DNA of 64,000 nt from Ranitomeya imitator (lineage: Eukaryota), in NCBI RefSeq assembly GCF_032444005.1, contig NC_091283.1:105772001-105836000 (forward strand). Reading direction: 5' to 3'. Made by a program: the position numbers and the translations under genes. Shown one piece after another: positions 60,865 through 64,000 of the stretch (positions are counted from its first letter, which is position 1; each line of letters starts with the position of its first letter). The notes beneath the pieces are model-generated. The model was given only the letters and a program-made list of their open reading frames with translations, did no database searches and was not told the origin of the DNA.

Positions 60865-62960
60865 ATATCAGCGTGCTCCAAGTTTTTGCATTTTAGGCTG
60901 TTTTGCCACTGTTTTTGCTGTCTGTTACTCTAATTATATCCAGCACCATTTGGTATTTTAAAAATATAAAGGCCACATATTTGCCAGTGTGGTATTTCCG
61001 TGACAGTCCTCATATATGCTCCTCATATATGCATATATGCCCCATGCTCAAATTTCCTCCCACGTCTCATCTAACTCTCTCCTTGACAACCTCCAATCTG
61101 GCGTCCGCCCCCACCACACTCCACCGAAACTGCCCTGACAAAAATTACTAATGACTTACTCACAGCCAAAGCTAACAGACAGTTCTCCATCCTCCTCCTT
61201 CTTGACCTGTCCTCTGCTTTCGACACAGTCGATCACTGCCTACTGCTACAGATTCTTGCTTCCCTTGGCATCAAAGACCTTGCCCTGTCCTGGATTGCTT
61301 AATACCTTTCTGACCGCACATTTAGCATTTCCCACTCCCACACTACCTCCTCATCCTGCCCCCTCTCTGTTGGAGTCCCTCAAGTCTCTGTCCTAGGGCC
61401 CCTACTTTTTCCATCTATACTCTTGGCCTAGGACAACTCATAAAGTCCCATGGCTTCCAGTACCACCTGTATGCGGACGACACTCAGTTCTACCTCTCTG
61501 GCCCAGATGTCACCTCTCTGCTGTCCAGAATCCCAAAGTGTCTGTCAGCCATATCCTCCTTCTTCACCTCTCGCTTCCTAAAACTCAATGTAGACAAAAC
61601 CGAACTCATCATCTTTCCCCATCTCACGTATCCCCCCTACCTGACATATCTATTATGGTAAATGGCATCACGCTCTCTCCCGCACCTGAAATCCACTGCC
61701 TCGGGGTAACTCTCGACTCTGCCCTGTCCTTCAAACCGCACGTCCAAACTCTTGCCACCTCCTGTCGCCTCCAACTCAAAAATATTGCCAGAATCCATTC
61801 CTTCCTCAGCCCACAATCTACCAAAATTGTTGTGCATGCCCTCATCATCTCCCGCCTCGACTACTGCAACACCCTCCTCTGTGGCCTCCCTGCTAACTCT
61901 CTTGCACCACTCCAGTCTGTCCTCAACTCTGCTGCCCGGCTAGTCCACCTCTCTCCTCGCTACTCCCCTGCTTCTCCCCTCTGCAAGTCCCTCCACTGGC
62001 TCCCAATTCCCCAACGAATCCAGTTCAAACTACTAACACTGATCTACAAAGCCATCCACAACCTGTCCCCTCCCTGTATCTCTGAACTAATCTCCCAATA
62101 TCTTCCCTCCGATCCTCCCAAGACCTCCTTCACACTTATTCGTTCCTCACACAACCGCCTCCAAGATTTCTCCCGAATATCCCCCATCCTCTGGAATTCC
62201 ATGCCTCAACACATCCGACTATCCACCACCCTAGGAACCTGAAAACCCATCTCTTCAAGAAAGTCTACAGCCTGCAATAACCATTCTGACGCCTCGCCAT
62301 TGCCAGAGCCACCGCCTCGCCATTGCCAGAGCCGCCGCCTCGCCATTGCCAGAACCGCCGCCTCTCCATCGCCAGAGCCACCGCCTCGCCCCTACCTTCT
62401 GCCTCTTCCCCACTATCCCATAGAATGTAAGTCCGCAAGGACAGGGTCCTCTCCCCTCTGTACTAGTCTGTCACTGTAAACTTGTTTACTGTAAACGATA
62501 TCTATAACTCTGTATGTAACCCCTCTCTCATGTACAGCACCATGGAATTAATGGTGCTATATAAATAATAATAATAATATATCTGCGTGCTCCAAGTTTT
62601 GGTATTTTAGGCCGTTTTGTCACTGTTTCTGCCATCTGTTACTCTATATATACAGCACTATTTGGCATTTAAAAAAAAACAAAAAACATATTTGCCAGTG
62701 TGGTATTTCCGTGACAGCCCTCATATATCTGCGTGGTCCAAGTTTGGGCATTGTAGGCCGGTGTACACCTTTTTTTGCTGCCTGATACTCTAATTCTATA
62801 CAGCAATATGTAGCTTCAAAAATTATAAAAAGGCCACATATCTGCCAGTGTGGTATTTCTGTGACAGCCCTCATATCTGCGTGGTCCAAGTTTGGGCATT
62901 GTAGGCCACTGTACCCCTTTTTTTCTGTCTGATACTCTAATTCTATACAGCACTACTTTG
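60865..62960. repeat. ~147-bp tandem repeats (about 4 copies) split by the L2 insertion
   Basis: ATCTGCGTG(C/G)TCCAAGTTT...TTGCCAGTGTGGTATTTCCGTGACAG near 60868, 62581, 62727 and 62875. Confidence 0.75.
61040..62578 (+). mobile_element. 5'-truncated L2-type LINE with frameshifted RT
   Basis: [29 protein letters not shown] and ISRLDYCN motifs; (AAT)n tail; 23-bp repeats at ~62290-62390. Confidence 0.88.
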
Positions 62961-63143
62961 CATAAATTTACTTCACAAAAAAGCCCCCCAAAATTGAATA
63001 CAGTCTGTTATATCAGGCTGAGGCCTGCCTGGTGTTTGGGTTTTAAAAATCGTAGATTTGCAGGCATACTGATCAGATATTATTTCGCTTCTAATAAATA
63101 TATTTGTGTTGAGCATTTGAAATAGTGCAGTAGTCCATTTAAA

Positions 63144-64000
63144 ATGGGCAAGGCAAGGGCCGGGTATTGGACGTGATGATGATGGTGCATGCAGAGGACG
63201 TGGCCGGGGCCAAGGTGAAAGTGGGCAACAACAAAGACCCACATCTTCTCGCTCGACCTTCCTTTCCCAGTTTCTAGGTGACCGCAGCACACTACTATTG
63301 AAGCCAGAGCAGTGTGAAACGGTTGTTGGTTGGATAGCGGATAATCCTTTCTGTCACTTAACCACCACCACCACCATGTCTTCCACACGGTCAAGTATGA
63401 GTAGCCGTGAGTGTGGCCCGGATATTCCTCACCATGATCCTCCTTCCTCCCACCATGCCGAGTGCCCTGAGACAAACAGATCCCACACTTGGACACTCTG
63501 AAGAGCTGTTCAGTTTTCCATTTCAAGATTCTGAACTCTCGGCTGGTCAATTTGAAGTGGGGACAGATGAGATCGCATGTACAGATGCCCAAAGCTTTGA
63601 CCAGCCCCAGTCACACAAAGACAATGGTGGGAATGTGTCAGAAGAGGTGGACGATGATAAGACACAATTGCCAGAAAGTCAGGAGGAGGAGCAGGGTGTG
63701 GATGTGGAAGATGAGGTGGTGGATGACATAGTGACTGACCCAACCTGGCAGGAGGACATGCAGAGCGAGGGCAGCAGCACACATGGAGAAGGAGGCATAT
63801 CACCACAACAGGCCGGAAGAAGAAGTGTGGTGGCCACAGACAGAAGGCATGCATCCGTTCCCCGTAACACCAACATAAGGGAAGTACCATTCCAACTGTT
63901 AGATCTTCCAAGTTTGGTTATTTTTTAAAGAGTCTGCCGATAACCCCAAACAGACCATTTGCAGCACCTACCATGCGCGCATCAGCAGGGGTAGCAAAAC
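63144..64000 (+). pseudogene. Degenerate 5' part of a second, diverged hAT transposase
   Basis: GRGRG, LLKPEQ, DPTWQ and VWLFFK..C...ISRG motifs collinear with the N-terminus of the 50713-54282 protein but spread over several frames; runs off the window. Confidence 0.75.

Overview
This window is TE-saturated vertebrate DNA. The repeat families (TTAA T2-type MITEs, TAGNGNTGAGC hAT ends, CR1, L2, Neptune-type Penelope) suggest a frog, but that is inference. No host protein-coding gene can be supported, and there are two N gaps. The window is built from three nested transposon stacks whose junctions resolve to the base via TSDs. (1) 1679-3591: Tc1 relic > fold-back insert > hAT. (2) 15792-25147: Tc1 > piggyBac-like > 6.2-kb fold-back hAT > CR1. 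(3) 30965-59584: a ~1.5-kb Tc1 inflated to 28.6 kb by a piggyBac-like element, an LTR-like fragment and a 21.7-kb hAT. That hAT has an uninterrupted 1189-codon transposase ORF, three internal satellite arrays and a 9.3-kb very young Penelope-like retroelement (PLE). The PLE is the most interesting object. It has an intact RT + GIY-YIG ORF and is arranged as a 2413-bp inverted arm followed by a 1.58-unit tandem. It carries a minimal hammerhead ribozyme with a U3-A8 core swap in three copies, the two sense copies exactly one unit (4343 nt) apart. It also has a retained intron in which both insertion termini fall. Several small, old fold-back remnants with decayed hammerheads elsewhere in the window repeat the same signature. 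All structural and mechanistic interpretations come from reading the sequence; no searches or folding programs were run.
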